Made by a program: the position numbers and the translations under genes | Source: Capsulimonadaceae bacterium | GTDB taxonomy: Bacteria; Armatimonadota; Armatimonadia; Armatimonadales; Capsulimonadaceae | Reading direction: 5' to 3' | Length of the DNA stretch: 64,000 bases | Assembly: GCA_965215505.1 (NCBI GenBank) | Contig: OZ244065.1 | Coordinates: 2,208,001-2,272,000 of the forward strand | Shown: positions 55,568 through 64,000 of the stretch, piece after piece | How positions within the stretch are numbered: the stretch's first letter is position 1 | Layout of the letters: every line of letters starts with the position of its first letter | The notes under the pieces: model-generated | Told to the model about the DNA's origin: nothing | The model's input: only the letters and a program-made list of their open reading frames with translations | The model's database searches: none

Positions 55568-56269
55568 CTACTCCTTCAACCCGTAGAAGCCTAAACGCTG
55601 TCCGACACACTCGTCGGCGACCCCGAACGGATTTACTTGGCGAGTCAGACGCCAGGCCCGAATCGTGAGGGCGTCCATGTCATTGGAGACGTCCAAGATG
55701 ACCGGCACGGGGCGGCCACAGACCTGCTGCACGACCCCGGCATCGTGCAGGCGGCGGACGACTCCGGCGCAGGCATCTACAAAGGCCTGGCCGTTTTTGC
55801 TCAGTCTTTCGCGGAAGGCGTCATACTGCTGGGCATCTTCCGGGGTGAAGAGGGGGAAGCCGGGCCGGCCGCTGCCGCCCTTCTTGCGGTACAGGTGCTT
55901 CCAGAAGTGATCGCTCTCCGTGTCCGTGATGAACAGCGACAGGTCGGCAAAATGCTTGTCCCGAAGATCAACGCCGAGGGGGTCGGCGCGGCCCTCGTTC
56001 CCCCACTCTTCAACGACAGGCTCACACAGGGAGAAGGAGGCGCAGTGTTGGTGTTCGGAGGTCTCCCACTTGTCCCGGCCCGTGCCGCCTCCGCTCTGCC
56101 AGTGCCGCAGGGTGTTGTAGCAGGGGCCGCTCAACATCCCTTGGCGCATGTCATCATCCACAAAGGCGATGTGCAGGGTGATGAGATAGATGTCGCATGC
56201 CTCCAGCGGCTCCCAGGAGCGCATCTCCTGCGAGACCTTTTGGTACAGATGTTCTTCCAGCCCGCTCAT
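55568..56269 (-). CDS. Hypothetical protein
   Basis: 233-aa ORF starting 1 nt after the hisG stop; protein-like composition. Confidence 0.65.
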   Translation of the reverse strand: MSGLEEHLYQKVSQEMRSWEPLEACDIYLITLHIAFVDDDMRQGMLSGPCYNTLRHWQSGGGTGRDKWETSEHQHCASFSLCEPVVEEWGNEGRADPLGVDLRDKHFADLSLFITDTESDHFWKHLYRKKGGSGRPGFPLFTPEDAQQYDAFRERLSKNGQAFVDACAGVVRRLHDAGVVQQVCGRPVPVILDVSNDMDALTIRAWRLTRQVNPFGVADECVGQRLGFYGLKE

Positions 56270-56270
56270 C

Positions 56271-57146
56271 TCAGTAGATCACCTTGTTCAAAGGGTACTC
56301 CACAAGCCCCTGCGCGCCCGCGCGGCGCAGTTCGGGGAGGATGTGGCGGACGGTCTTTTCGGGGATGATCGTTTCTAAGGCGACCCAGTCTTCTTCATCC
56401 AGCGGCGAGACGGTCGGCTTGCGGAGGGAGGAGAGCAGGCGGACGACGGCGTCCAGGTTCTCCTTGGCGACGTTCATTTTCAGGCCGACCAGGCTGTCGG
56501 CGTCCAGCGCGCCTTGCAGGAGGAGCTGCAAGTTCTCGACCTTGGTGCGCTTCCAGTCGTCCTCCCAGGAGCGGTGGTTGGCGATCAGGCGGGTCGTGCT
56601 TTCGAGCAGGGTGTCCACGATCTTCAGCCCGTGGGCGGCCAGGGTGCTGCCGGTTTCCGTCCCTTCGACGATGGCGTCCACGAGGTCGGGGACCTTGACC
56701 TCGGTGGCCCCCCAGCTAAACTCGACATGGGCGGTGACGCCGTGCTTTTCGAGGTAGCGGCGGGTGACGTTGACAAGCTCGGTGGCGATGCGCTTGCCTT
56801 GCAGGTCGCGCGGGCCGGCGATGTCGGAATCGTTGGGCACGGCCAGCACCCAGCGGTAGGGGCGCGAGGTGGCCTTGGAGTAGATGAGTTCCGAGACCTC
56901 ATACACGTCGGCCTCGGACTCGACGACGTTGTCGTGCCCGGTCAGGCCGCAGTCCAGGACGCCCATCGCGACGTAGCGGGGGATCTCCTGGGCGCGCAGC
57001 AGGACGGGGTCCAGCTCGTCGTCGTCCACGACGGGCTGGTAGGAGCGGGCGGAGACGCGGAAGTCCCAGCCGGCCTTCTTGAACAGGGCGAAGGTCGCGT
57101 CTTGCAGGCTGCCTTTGGGCACGCCGATCCGTAGTTTCTGGGTCAC
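56271..57146 (-). CDS. hisG: ATP phosphoribosyltransferase (long form)
   Basis: GVPKGSL, RAQEIP, SWGATE, TETGSTL and C-terminal regulatory domain. Confidence 0.96.
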   Translation of the reverse strand: MTQKLRIGVPKGSLQDATFALFKKAGWDFRVSARSYQPVVDDDELDPVLLRAQEIPRYVAMGVLDCGLTGHDNVVESEADVYEVSELIYSKATSRPYRWVLAVPNDSDIAGPRDLQGKRIATELVNVTRRYLEKHGVTAHVEFSWGATEVKVPDLVDAIVEGTETGSTLAAHGLKIVDTLLESTTRLIANHRSWEDDWKRTKVENLQLLLQGALDADSLVGLKMNVAKENLDAVVRLLSSLRKPTVSPLDEEDWVALETIIPEKTVRHILPELRRAGAQGLVEYPLNKVIY

Positions 57147-57399
57147 AGTATCTTTTCCTCAGCGAAGCGTTGGTAGATCGTTCTACCGAACATGGGTTTC
57201 TGTCATTCAGTATGACGAATCGGACGGGGACAAGTCAACCGCGCGCCCGGCACGGTGGTTTTTTGAGGCAAACAAGAAACATACGCCGTACATGGTGAGG
57301 CGGGTTGGATAGACGGAGCAGGCTATTCTCTAGAAAACGACGGCTTCCAGCAGGCGATATCTGCTGGATTCACGGCAACAGCTTTCAGCGTCATGTGCC

Positions 57400-57428
57400 T
57401 TGACATGAGGCCCTTCTCGTGATATAAT
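57400..57428 (+). promoter_or_regulatory. Consensus sigma70 promoter
   Basis: TTGACA-17 nt-TATAAT. Confidence 0.85.
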
Positions 57429-57466
57429 GCTTTCATATTCGCGCAGACGAACACTCTGCAAACCGG

Positions 57467-57504
57467 AAGCGAGAGCCAGTGCGGCTCCCGCTTTTTGTCG
57501 TTTT
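57467..57504 (+). terminator. Intrinsic terminator about 35-70 nt after the promoter
   Basis: AAGCGAGAGCC-AGTGC-GGCTCCCGCTT followed by TTTGTCGTTTT. Confidence 0.75.
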
Positions 57505-57526
57505 GAAGGACGATTAGGAACCCCCC

Positions 57527-58399
57527 ATGCGCGTCCTTCTGCTCATCCTCTGTCTTCTGCTGGGAGTATTTCCGATGACATCATCCGCCGACGCCGCGCC
57601 CCGCCCGCCGGAGACGCTGGCACAGGGCCTCAAGTTCCCCGAGGGGCCGACGCTCTCCGCCGACGGCGGGACTTTGTACGCCGTCAACGTCCAGAGCGCG
57701 GCGATCTCGCGGCTGGACCTGAAGACGAGGGCGTTCCTCTACGACTGGGTGACGCTGCCCGAGGGCGGGCGCGGCAACGGCATGACCCTGGGGCCGGACG
57801 GGGCTTTGTATGTGGCCGACGTGGGTCGCAAACTGATCGCCCGGATCTCGCTGCCGGATGGGAAGGTCACGACAGTCGTGGACAAGGCCCCCGGCGGCGG
57901 GGCCTTTCGAGGGCCGAACGATCTAATCTTCGACAAAGAGGGCGGCATTTACTTCACCGACCCGGACGGAAGCTGGGACAAACCCATCGCTTCCGTCTAC
58001 CACGTCGCTCCCAGGACGCATGCCGTTTCCGTCGTCGCCGACGGGATGCAGTTCCCGAATGGGCTGGCGCTGTCGGCGGACGAGAAGACGCTCTTCGTGG
58101 CCGAGTCGCCGCTGCACCGGATCACGGCAATCACGCTGGCGGGCGGCGCAAAGCGCGTCTTCTGCGTGACGGGGACGGTGGGAGGCGGGGACGGGATGCG
58201 CTTGGGCCGTGACGGCTTCCTGTATGCGGCGATCTACGGCGAGGGCGTGATCGCCAAGATTTCGCCGGCGGGCGAGGTCGTCCATCGGTACGCAATTCAG
58301 GTGGGTCAGCACTGCACCAACCTGTGCTTCGCCCCGGACCAAAGATCGCTGTTTGTGACCGAGACGGACACGAACACGGTCGTTCAGTTGAGGCTCTGA
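57527..58399 (+). CDS. SMP-30/gluconolactonase family protein
   Basis: FPEGP, PNDL...YFTDP, FPNGLALS, DGM and TNLCF; signal peptide. Confidence 0.92.
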   Translation: MRVLLLILCLLLGVFPMTSSADAAPRPPETLAQGLKFPEGPTLSADGGTLYAVNVQSAAISRLDLKTRAFLYDWVTLPEGGRGNGMTLGPDGALYVADVGRKLIARISLPDGKVTTVVDKAPGGGAFRGPNDLIFDKEGGIYFTDPDGSWDKPIASVYHVAPRTHAVSVVADGMQFPNGLALSADEKTLFVAESPLHRITAITLAGGAKRVFCVTGTVGGGDGMRLGRDGFLYAAIYGEGVIAKISPAGEVVHRYAIQVGQHCTNLCFAPDQRSLFVTETDTNTVVQLRL

Positions 58400-58402
58400 G
58401 AC

Positions 58403-59347
58403 ATGGAAGACCGGCGGATCGTCATCGGCATGGACGGGGGCGGGACCACGACGCGCGCCGCGGCCGTGGACCTGACCGGACACACGCTGGCCTGGGTTCA
58501 GGCGGGCAGCGCTAGCCCGGACAAGTCGCGTGACGCGCGGGAGAACGTGCGGCGGGCCATCCGGGACGTGGCCGCGCAGGCGGGCCGGGAACTGCCCGAT
58601 GTCGCCGCCCTTGTGGCGGGGCTGGCGAACATAGACACGCCGGAGGATCAGGTCTGGGCCGCCGAGTTCACGGCACTGCCCGGCCTGACCTGTCCGCGCC
58701 TCCATGTCAACGACGCCGTGGTCGCCCACGCGGGCGCGCTGGAGTCGCGGCCCGGCATCATCGCCATCGCCGGGACCGGGTCCATTATCTACGGGGTGAC
58801 GGAGACGGGCCGGGCGGTCAGAGGCTACGATTTCCACTACGGACCGGCCACGCAGGCGCGCAGCCTCGCCTATGCCGTCCTTCACTGCCTGCTGGCCGGC
58901 GACGCGGGGCCGGACGACGGCGAGTTGATGGAAGCCGTTCTGGACTTCTGGCAGGTGGCCGATCTGGCGGGCCTACGCGAACTGGGCGCTCAGGGCTTCG
59001 TCTCCGACCGCTTCGAGCGCAGCCGACGCCTCGGCGAGATGGCCCCCCTGGTGACAGCGGCGGCAAGCGATGGCGTTCCGCTGGCCTGCCGCGAGTGTGA
59101 CCAGGTCGCCCGGATGCTCGGGCTGGGAATCCGTCTCGTGGGCGGCTGCTTTGAAGGCGGCTCTCTCCCCATCCCCGTTGCCCTGATCGGCGGGTTGGTT
59201 CGCAGCCCCTACATGCGGGTAGCGGCGGCGCGTGTCCTGAGCGAGAGCGCGGGCGAGCGGTATGACATTGTGGAACCCGCCGCCTCCAGCGAAGCAGGGG
59301 CGGCACGGATGGCGCTGGAGATGGTTCTGCCTAATACCCCCGCGTGA
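58403..59347 (+). CDS. BadF/BadG-type (N-acetylglucosamine kinase-like) sugar kinase
   Basis: GMDGGGTTT, VNDAVVA and IAGTGS. Confidence 0.85.
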   Translation: MEDRRIVIGMDGGGTTTRAAAVDLTGHTLAWVQAGSASPDKSRDARENVRRAIRDVAAQAGRELPDVAALVAGLANIDTPEDQVWAAEFTALPGLTCPRLHVNDAVVAHAGALESRPGIIAIAGTGSIIYGVTETGRAVRGYDFHYGPATQARSLAYAVLHCLLAGDAGPDDGELMEAVLDFWQVADLAGLRELGAQGFVSDRFERSRRLGEMAPLVTAAASDGVPLACRECDQVARMLGLGIRLVGGCFEGGSLPIPVALIGGLVRSPYMRVAAARVLSESAGERYDIVEPAASSEAGAARMALEMVLPNTPA

Positions 59348-60287
59348 TGTCTACCACGTTCGTCAGGGCCTCGCCGCGCGCGAAGCGGCCCAGGTTGTCC
59401 AGGAAGATCGCCTTTTGGCGGGCGCGCAGGCCGGGGACCCAACCGGGCGAGTTGTGCGGCGCGATATGTACGTTCGGCAGGTCCCACAGCGGACTATCCT
59501 GGGGCAGCGGCTCCTGGGCGAAGACGTCCAGGCACGCGCCGCCGATCTGTCCGGCCTGCAAGGCAGTGACCAGGGCGGGTTCATCCACCAGCCCGCCGCG
59601 CGCGATGTTGATGAGCCAGGCGGTCGGCTTCATCCGGGCGAGCTGTTCCGGGCCGATCAGCGCCCGCGTCTCGCCGGTCAGGGCGGCGGCGATGACCACG
59701 AAGTCGCTTTCGGCCAGCAGCCGCGACAGTCCCTCCGGCCCCGCCAGGACCTCGTCCACTCCTTCCACCGGCCCCGAAGAGCGGCGTAGGCCCACTGTCT
59801 TCATCCCGAAAGCTTTCGTGAGCCGCGCTGTTCCCCGCCCGATCGGCCCCAGGCCGACGATGCCGACTGTTCTCCCGTGAAGTTCAAACTGCGGGACGGA
59901 TTGCCACCGGTGCTGCCGCTGGTTCTCCATCAGAGCGGGCAGGCCGCGCGCGACCAGCAGCATCCAGGCCAGGATGAACTCGGAGATGGCGATCTCGAAG
60001 GCCGGGCCGGAGTCGGTCACGGTCAGCCCCGCCTTCGCCCGCACGTCGGGCGTCAGGACGTGGTCCACGCCCGCACTAGCCGTGTGCAGCCACCGCACCG
60101 ACGGCCCCTGATGGACCATCCGCGCGAACTCCTTCCCCGCCACCCAGCGCAGCACGGCGACGGCTTCGCCCAGGCCGTCCGGCGTCGCCTCGCTCTCGGC
60201 ATAAGGCCGCAGATCGGCCTCGGGCGCGGCCTCGCGGGCGGGGCCGGTCAGTTCGTCCAGCAGGTGTTCGGGGACAAGGATGATCAT
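59331..60287 (-). CDS. D-2-hydroxyacid dehydrogenase
   Basis: SAGVDH, GLGPIG, INIARG, LDVFAQEP and APH. Confidence 0.93.
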   Translation of the reverse strand: MIILVPEHLLDELTGPAREAAPEADLRPYAESEATPDGLGEAVAVLRWVAGKEFARMVHQGPSVRWLHTASAGVDHVLTPDVRAKAGLTVTDSGPAFEIAISEFILAWMLLVARGLPALMENQRQHRWQSVPQFELHGRTVGIVGLGPIGRGTARLTKAFGMKTVGLRRSSGPVEGVDEVLAGPEGLSRLLAESDFVVIAAALTGETRALIGPEQLARMKPTAWLINIARGGLVDEPALVTALQAGQIGGACLDVFAQEPLPQDSPLWDLPNVHIAPHNSPGWVPGLRARQKAIFLDNLGRFARGEALTNVVDITRGY

Positions 60288-60357
60288 GGCCCCTATTATA
60301 CTCGGCTCGGGCGGAATTCCGGCAGGCACCGGCACCCCGCTGGACGCCCGCCCTTTC

Positions 60358-60387
60358 TTGACATTCCGCCCGGCGATGGGCTATAAT
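60358..60387 (+). promoter_or_regulatory. Consensus sigma70 promoter
   Basis: TTGACA-18 nt-TATAAT. Confidence 0.8.
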
Positions 60388-60399
60388 GGCCCCAGCATC

Positions 60400-60642
60400 A
60401 TGGCCCAAGTCACCGTCTACACCAAACCCGGCTGTCACCTCTGCGAAGAGGCGGTCCGCCTCTTGCAGCGCGTCCAGAAGCAGCAGGCGTTTGAATTGCA
60501 GGAAGTCAACATCCAGGACGACCCTGCCCTGCTGGCCGAGTACGGCGAGCAGATCCCGGTGGTCACGCTGAACGGCACGTTCCTGTTCGAGTACGCCGTG
60601 GACGAGGCCCGCCTGCGCCAACTGCTGAAAGAGGTCAGTTGA
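60400..60642 (+). CDS. Glutaredoxin-like protein (DUF836)
   Basis: YTKPGCHLC and YGEQIPVV. Confidence 0.9.
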   Translation: MAQVTVYTKPGCHLCEEAVRLLQRVQKQQAFELQEVNIQDDPALLAEYGEQIPVVTLNGTFLFEYAVDEARLRQLLKEVS

Positions 60643-60866
60643 TGTCACGCCTGCTGGACATACTTGTCGCCGCATCCCTGCTTCTCCTGCTGATGCCCGC
60701 TGTGCTACTCGTTCAGGTCGCGCTGGCGTCCAACAACCGGCGGCTCCATATCGGCCTGCAACGATCCAGCTTCGACAAACTGCCACTGCTGTTCCAGGTA
60801 TTGCAAGGCAGGTTGACGATCCGCGAGTGGTTGAGACTAATGGCATACGCCGCGTGGCGTGAATGA
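60642..60866 (+). CDS. Miniature sugar-transferase (PglC/WcaJ)-like peptide
   Basis: RLLDILVAASLLLLLMP and RSSFDKLPLLFQVLQG resemble phosphoglycosyl transferase (PGT) motifs; TGATG coupling. Confidence 0.55.
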   Translation: MSRLLDILVAASLLLLLMPAVLLVQVALASNNRRLHIGLQRSSFDKLPLLFQVLQGRLTIREWLRLMAYAAWRE

Positions 60867-60897
60867 ATATCGAAACAGTGAAGGAGGTGAACTAACC

Positions 60898-61026
60898 ATG
60901 CGAGTCCGCGCCAAAGAACTGCGCCGCACCCAGAAGCGTTCGGAAGAGCGCCACAAGGCCCGTCACAAGGACGACCCGAAGAACGCCGCCATCACGGCGG
61001 CGGCCACCCCCAAGCGGAAGCAATAG
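60898..61026 (+). CDS. 42-aa basic small protein
   Basis: AGGAGGTGA RBS; MRVRAKELRRTQKRSEERHKARHKDDPKNAAITAAATPKRKQ; below the ORF-track size cut-off. Confidence 0.75.
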   Translation: MRVRAKELRRTQKRSEERHKARHKDDPKNAAITAAATPKRKQ

Positions 61027-61078
61027 CCTTCCCTGAGCGTCTGCGCCTTTCATCCCCCGTTTCTGGAAAGCCGGCCCG

Positions 61079-61324
61079 ATGGAAATCTCGGAAGTGGAAC
61101 GCCTGCGGGCGGCGGTGCGCGACGAGCGCATCTCCCTGCGCGAAGTGGAACTCATCAAGTACCGCGACAACCGCACGGCCCTGGTCGTCAAGCTCGTGAC
61201 CGGCGAAACCCTCGAAGGGGCGATTCGCTGGTACGACGACCAGGCCGTGCGTCTGGTGCAGGCCGACCGCGCCGAGGTGACGGTCTACCTGCACGCCGTC
61301 GCCTACTACCGGACGCGGGTCTGA
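61079..61324 (+). CDS. Hfq/Sm-like protein
   Basis: Sm1-like VKLVTGETLEGAIRWYD and Sm2-like VYLHAVAY. Confidence 0.7.
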   Translation: MEISEVERLRAAVRDERISLREVELIKYRDNRTALVVKLVTGETLEGAIRWYDDQAVRLVQADRAEVTVYLHAVAYYRTRV

Positions 61325-61350
61325 GCCGCCGCCGGTAGCGGAATAGGAAC

Positions 61351-61405
61351 AACAAAAACCGCCCCCGTTCTTCTGTCGCCAGGAGAGCCGGAGCGGTTGT
61401 TTTTT
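61351..61405. terminator. Bidirectional terminator
   Basis: AAAAACCGC...GCGGTTGTTTTTT between convergent units. Confidence 0.7.
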
Positions 61406-61421
61406 GCGACAGGTTAGAAAT

Positions 61422-61496
61422 TGGAGGTGCCGGCCAGAATCGAACTGGCGCATAAAGGTTTTGCAGACCTCTCCCTTACCACTTGGGCACGGCACC
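61422..61496 (-). tRNA. tRNA-Cys(GCA)
   Basis: GGTGCCG acceptor; GAGGT-CTGCAAA-ACCTT; U73 and CCA. Confidence 0.96.
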
Positions 61497-61528
61497 GAGG
61501 AGAAACAAAGATGTATCAGAAAAGGGTA

Positions 61529-61600
<72 letters not shown>

Positions 61601-61609
61601 ATTGAGTCT

Positions 61610-61638
61610 ATTATATTCGCCCGGCGCGGCTTTGTCAA
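61610..61638 (-). promoter_or_regulatory. Consensus promoter for tRNA-Gly/Cys
   Basis: TTGACA-17 nt-TATAAT on the minus strand. Confidence 0.88.
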
Positions 61639-61770
61639 GGCCCCGGCGGGTTTTTCGTTTGGGGCGGAGAGAACGGGAACGGGCCACCGGATTTACAGGC
61701 ATCGGAATTGGTGTATAATGAAAGTCAGGCAGCGCGACACGGGCTGGCTGCCGGAGACGGAGGAAGTAGT

Positions 61771-63003
61771 ATGACCAAGAAGATGACTAAGAACAACACG
61801 ATAATCCTGGGGGCTGGGCTGGCGCTGACGCTGCTCTCGGGCGCGGCACTGGCACAGAGCGGGGGCACGTCGCAGACGCAGGACACGCAGAACATGACGG
61901 CGGGGGCGGTCCAGCACGGGACCAAGACAGCCTACCAGGAAAAGCTTCAGGACGCCTACAGCGACTACAGCGCCGAGCGCTACCCGAAGGCGACCTCCGA
62001 GCTGCAAGAAATCCTCAAGAAAGAGCCGAACAATTTGCAGGCCCACCTGATGATGGCGGCCATCTACCAGAAGCAGAACAAGGTCGCCGAGATGGTCCCG
62101 GAGCTGGAGGCCGCCGCGCGGCTGGACCCCAAGGACGCCAACACTCAGAACAACCTGGGGGTGGCCTACCTCCAGACCGGCAGCTTCGACAAGGCGGTGA
62201 CGGTCTTCAAGGCGGCTCAGGCGCGCAGCCCCAAGGATGCCACCGTCGCCTATGACCTGGGGCTGGCGCTGTCGCAGACCGGCAAGACAGATGAGGCGAT
62301 CCCGGCGTTCCAGAACGCCATCAAGATCAAACCGACCGCCGTCGCCTATGAACAGCTCGGCGTGGCTTTGGAGCAGTCCGGCAAGAACGCCGAGGCGGCG
62401 ACCGCGTTTGAGTCGGCCACCAGCCTGAATCCCAAGGACCCACAGCCGGTCCTGTATGCGGGCATGATGTACCACCAGACGGGCCACGACGACAAGGCGA
62501 TCCCGGCGCTCCAGAAGGCGCTGACGCTGGGGACGCAGGACAAGTTCGGCGCGCACATGGTGCTGGCGGAGGCTTACGGACACGCTGGCAAGACGGTGGA
62601 GGCCATCGCCGAGTACAAGCAGGCGTCGGTGATCAAGCCAGACGACTTCGGGGCTGCGGCGAACCTGGGCGTCCTGAGCCAGAACGCCGGCCAGAAGGCG
62701 GACGCCGTGGCGGCCTACCGACAGGCGCTCACGCTCAAGGCACCCTCTCCCGAGGCGACGGCGCAGGTTCAGGAAAGTCTCGGGGAGATGCTGGCTCAGG
62801 ACGGCAGCCCCGACGAGGCCGTGACGCTTCTGACTCAGGCGGCGCAGAACGACCCGAAGAACGCGCAGTACGAGGGCGACCTCGGGTTGGTGTACGAGAA
62901 GCAGGGCAAGAAGGATCTGGCCGTCGCGGCCTACCAGAAGGCTCTGACACTGGACGCGCACCAGCCGGAGTCGGTGCAGGGACTGGCGCGGCTGAAGAAG
63001 TAG
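61771..63003 (+). CDS. Secreted tetratricopeptide repeat protein
   Basis: Signal peptide; repeated NNLGVAY / DLGLAL TPR units; GGAGG RBS. Confidence 0.92.
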   Translation: MTKKMTKNNTIILGAGLALTLLSGAALAQSGGTSQTQDTQNMTAGAVQHGTKTAYQEKLQDAYSDYSAERYPKATSELQEILKKEPNNLQAHLMMAAIYQKQNKVAEMVPELEAAARLDPKDANTQNNLGVAYLQTGSFDKAVTVFKAAQARSPKDATVAYDLGLALSQTGKTDEAIPAFQNAIKIKPTAVAYEQLGVALEQSGKNAEAATAFESATSLNPKDPQPVLYAGMMYHQTGHDDKAIPALQKALTLGTQDKFGAHMVLAEAYGHAGKTVEAIAEYKQASVIKPDDFGAAANLGVLSQNAGQKADAVAAYRQALTLKAPSPEATAQVQESLGEMLAQDGSPDEAVTLLTQAAQNDPKNAQYEGDLGLVYEKQGKKDLAVAAYQKALTLDAHQPESVQGLARLKK

Positions 63004-63023
63004 CGTCGCCCAAGAGCGGGGAA

Positions 63024-63163
63024 GACGAGTGACTGAAGTCACTCACTCCCGTCGGACCTGTCCAGGGGACAGCAGAACACCGGCAGAGCGGAAGGGGCGA
63101 CACCGCCCTATCCTCGTGTCCCTTGGACACTTGCCTTTGGAGCGAGTGACTTCGGTCGCTTGT
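63024..63163. repeat. REPIN/MITE-like element, subfamily 1 copy 3
   Basis: GACGAGTGACTGAAGTCACTC ... GCGAGTGACTTCGGTCGCTTGT; inner GTCCAGGGGAC/GTCCCTTGGAC. Confidence 0.82.
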
Positions 63164-63173
63164 GTTCGACGAA

Positions 63174-63211
63174 CGGCCCTGAGCAGTAATGCTCAGGGCC
63201 GCTGTTGTTTT
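63174..63211 (+). terminator. Intrinsic terminator
   Basis: CGGCCCTGAGCA-GTAA-TGCTCAGGGCCG followed by a T-rich tail. Confidence 0.75.
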
Positions 63212-63251
63212 GGGTCTGCCGCTTCAGGTCTGTCGTTTCAGGCCTGTCGTT

Positions 63252-63527
63252 TCAGGCCACGGCGGCGAAGCCCGAAAACTCGCCGGTCGGCTCGCCCCAG
63301 GCGGTGGCGACCTCGGTGACCTCGGCGGCGTGGGGGCCGTGCCGGAGCGACTTGAGGAACTCGTGGAGGGTTTCCTCCTCGGCCTCCGCGACGGCCTCGA
63401 CGCCGCCGTCCTCAATGTTCCGCACCGTCCCGACCACGCCCAATTCCAGGGCGACGTGGCTGGCGAAGTAGCGGTATCCGACGCCCTGCACCCGTCCCGA
63501 AACCCGTGCCTGCACTCGCTTTGTCAT
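63252..63527 (-). CDS. acyP: Acylphosphatase
   Basis: VSGRVQGVGYR and GTVRNIEDG. Confidence 0.93.
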   Translation of the reverse strand: MTKRVQARVSGRVQGVGYRYFASHVALELGVVGTVRNIEDGGVEAVAEAEEETLHEFLKSLRHGPHAAEVTEVATAWGEPTGEFSGFAAVA

Positions 63528-63556
63528 GGCATCCTCTTTTCTGGCAGCTTTCGCCG

Positions 63557-64000
63557 CTACTTCGCCAGCGTCACTTTGGTCATCTTGTCGCCGACTTGCA
63601 GCTTCCCGGCCACGTCGAGGCCCTTGATGACCTGCCCGAAGACGGCGTATTTGTTGTCAAGGAAGTGGACGGGGTTGACGCAGATGTAGAACTGAGACCC
63701 GGCGGAGTCCGGGGCGCTCGTGCGGGCCATCGCGACGGCACCAGCGATGTGGGTCAGCGGGTTGTCAACGCCGTTCTCCTTGAACTCGCCCTTGATCATG
63801 TAGCCGGGTCCTCCCGAGCCGTTGCCGGCGGGGTCGCCGCCCTGGACGATCTTGGAGGTGCCTGGAGCGCCGAGGTCGGTGATGCGGTGAAAGCTCAGGC
63901 CGTTATAAAAGCCCTTCTTGACCAGCTTCTCGAAATTGGCGACGGTGATGGGGGCGTCCTTCGGGTAGAGCTTGATCAGGATAACGCCGCGCGTCGTCAC
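63557..64000 (-). CDS. Cyclophilin-type peptidyl-prolyl isomerase (5' end off the window)
   Basis: APITVANF, FYNGLSFHR, QGGDP, AMAR, SAGSQFYI and YAVFG. Confidence 0.95.
   Translation of the reverse strand: MTTRGVILIKLYPKDAPITVANFEKLVKKGFYNGLSFHRITDLGAPGTSKIVQGGDPAGNGSGGPGYMIKGEFKENGVDNPLTHIAGAVAMARTSAPDSAGSQFYICVNPVHFLDNKYAVFGQVIKGLDVAGKLQVGDKMTKVTLAK

Noticed and set aside
57147-57400. His leader-peptide attenuator upstream of hisG
   Set aside because: No His-codon run or terminator seen on the minus strand.

Overview
GC-rich bacterial chromosomal window. Gene content and style suggest an Armatimonadota (Capsulimonas-like) organism; this is inference. The left edge is probably the end of an element integrated at a tRNA-Val(GAC) gene: a 3'-half tRNA copy at 1607-1656, a patatin-like gene, and a HEPN gene pair just outside. 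Most of the window is ordinary content: sugar ABC transporter, diguanylate cyclase, DUF1016 nuclease, two PSD1/cytochrome-c plus two DUF1501 modules, ECF sigma operon, glycoside hydrolases, a dgoD-eda-kdgK-galM cluster, mutL, vapBC, hisG, tRNA-Ile2/Cys/Gly, Hfq-like protein, TPR protein and cyclophilin. The standout is a minus-strand locus at 10343-13914 that the ORF track largely misses. It contains a sigma70 promoter and three leader-peptide/terminator/antiterminator attenuators, two of them directly in series. These control six atypical tRNA genes (Lys-UUU, Phe-GAA, Gly-GCC, Met-CAU, Asn-GUU and a rare Arg-GCG), a stand-alone EF-G domain IV-V protein with no GTPase domain, a 77-aa unknown protein, a ~130-nt structured RNA candidate and rtcA. 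I infer a translation-stress-inducible tRNA/ribosome rescue operon. Other observations are a REPIN-like repeat family, two more ncRNA candidates, a degenerate YceI-serine hydrolase fusion and a miniature phosphoglycosyl-transferase-like peptide. All calls come from reading the sequence by eye; no database searches were run.
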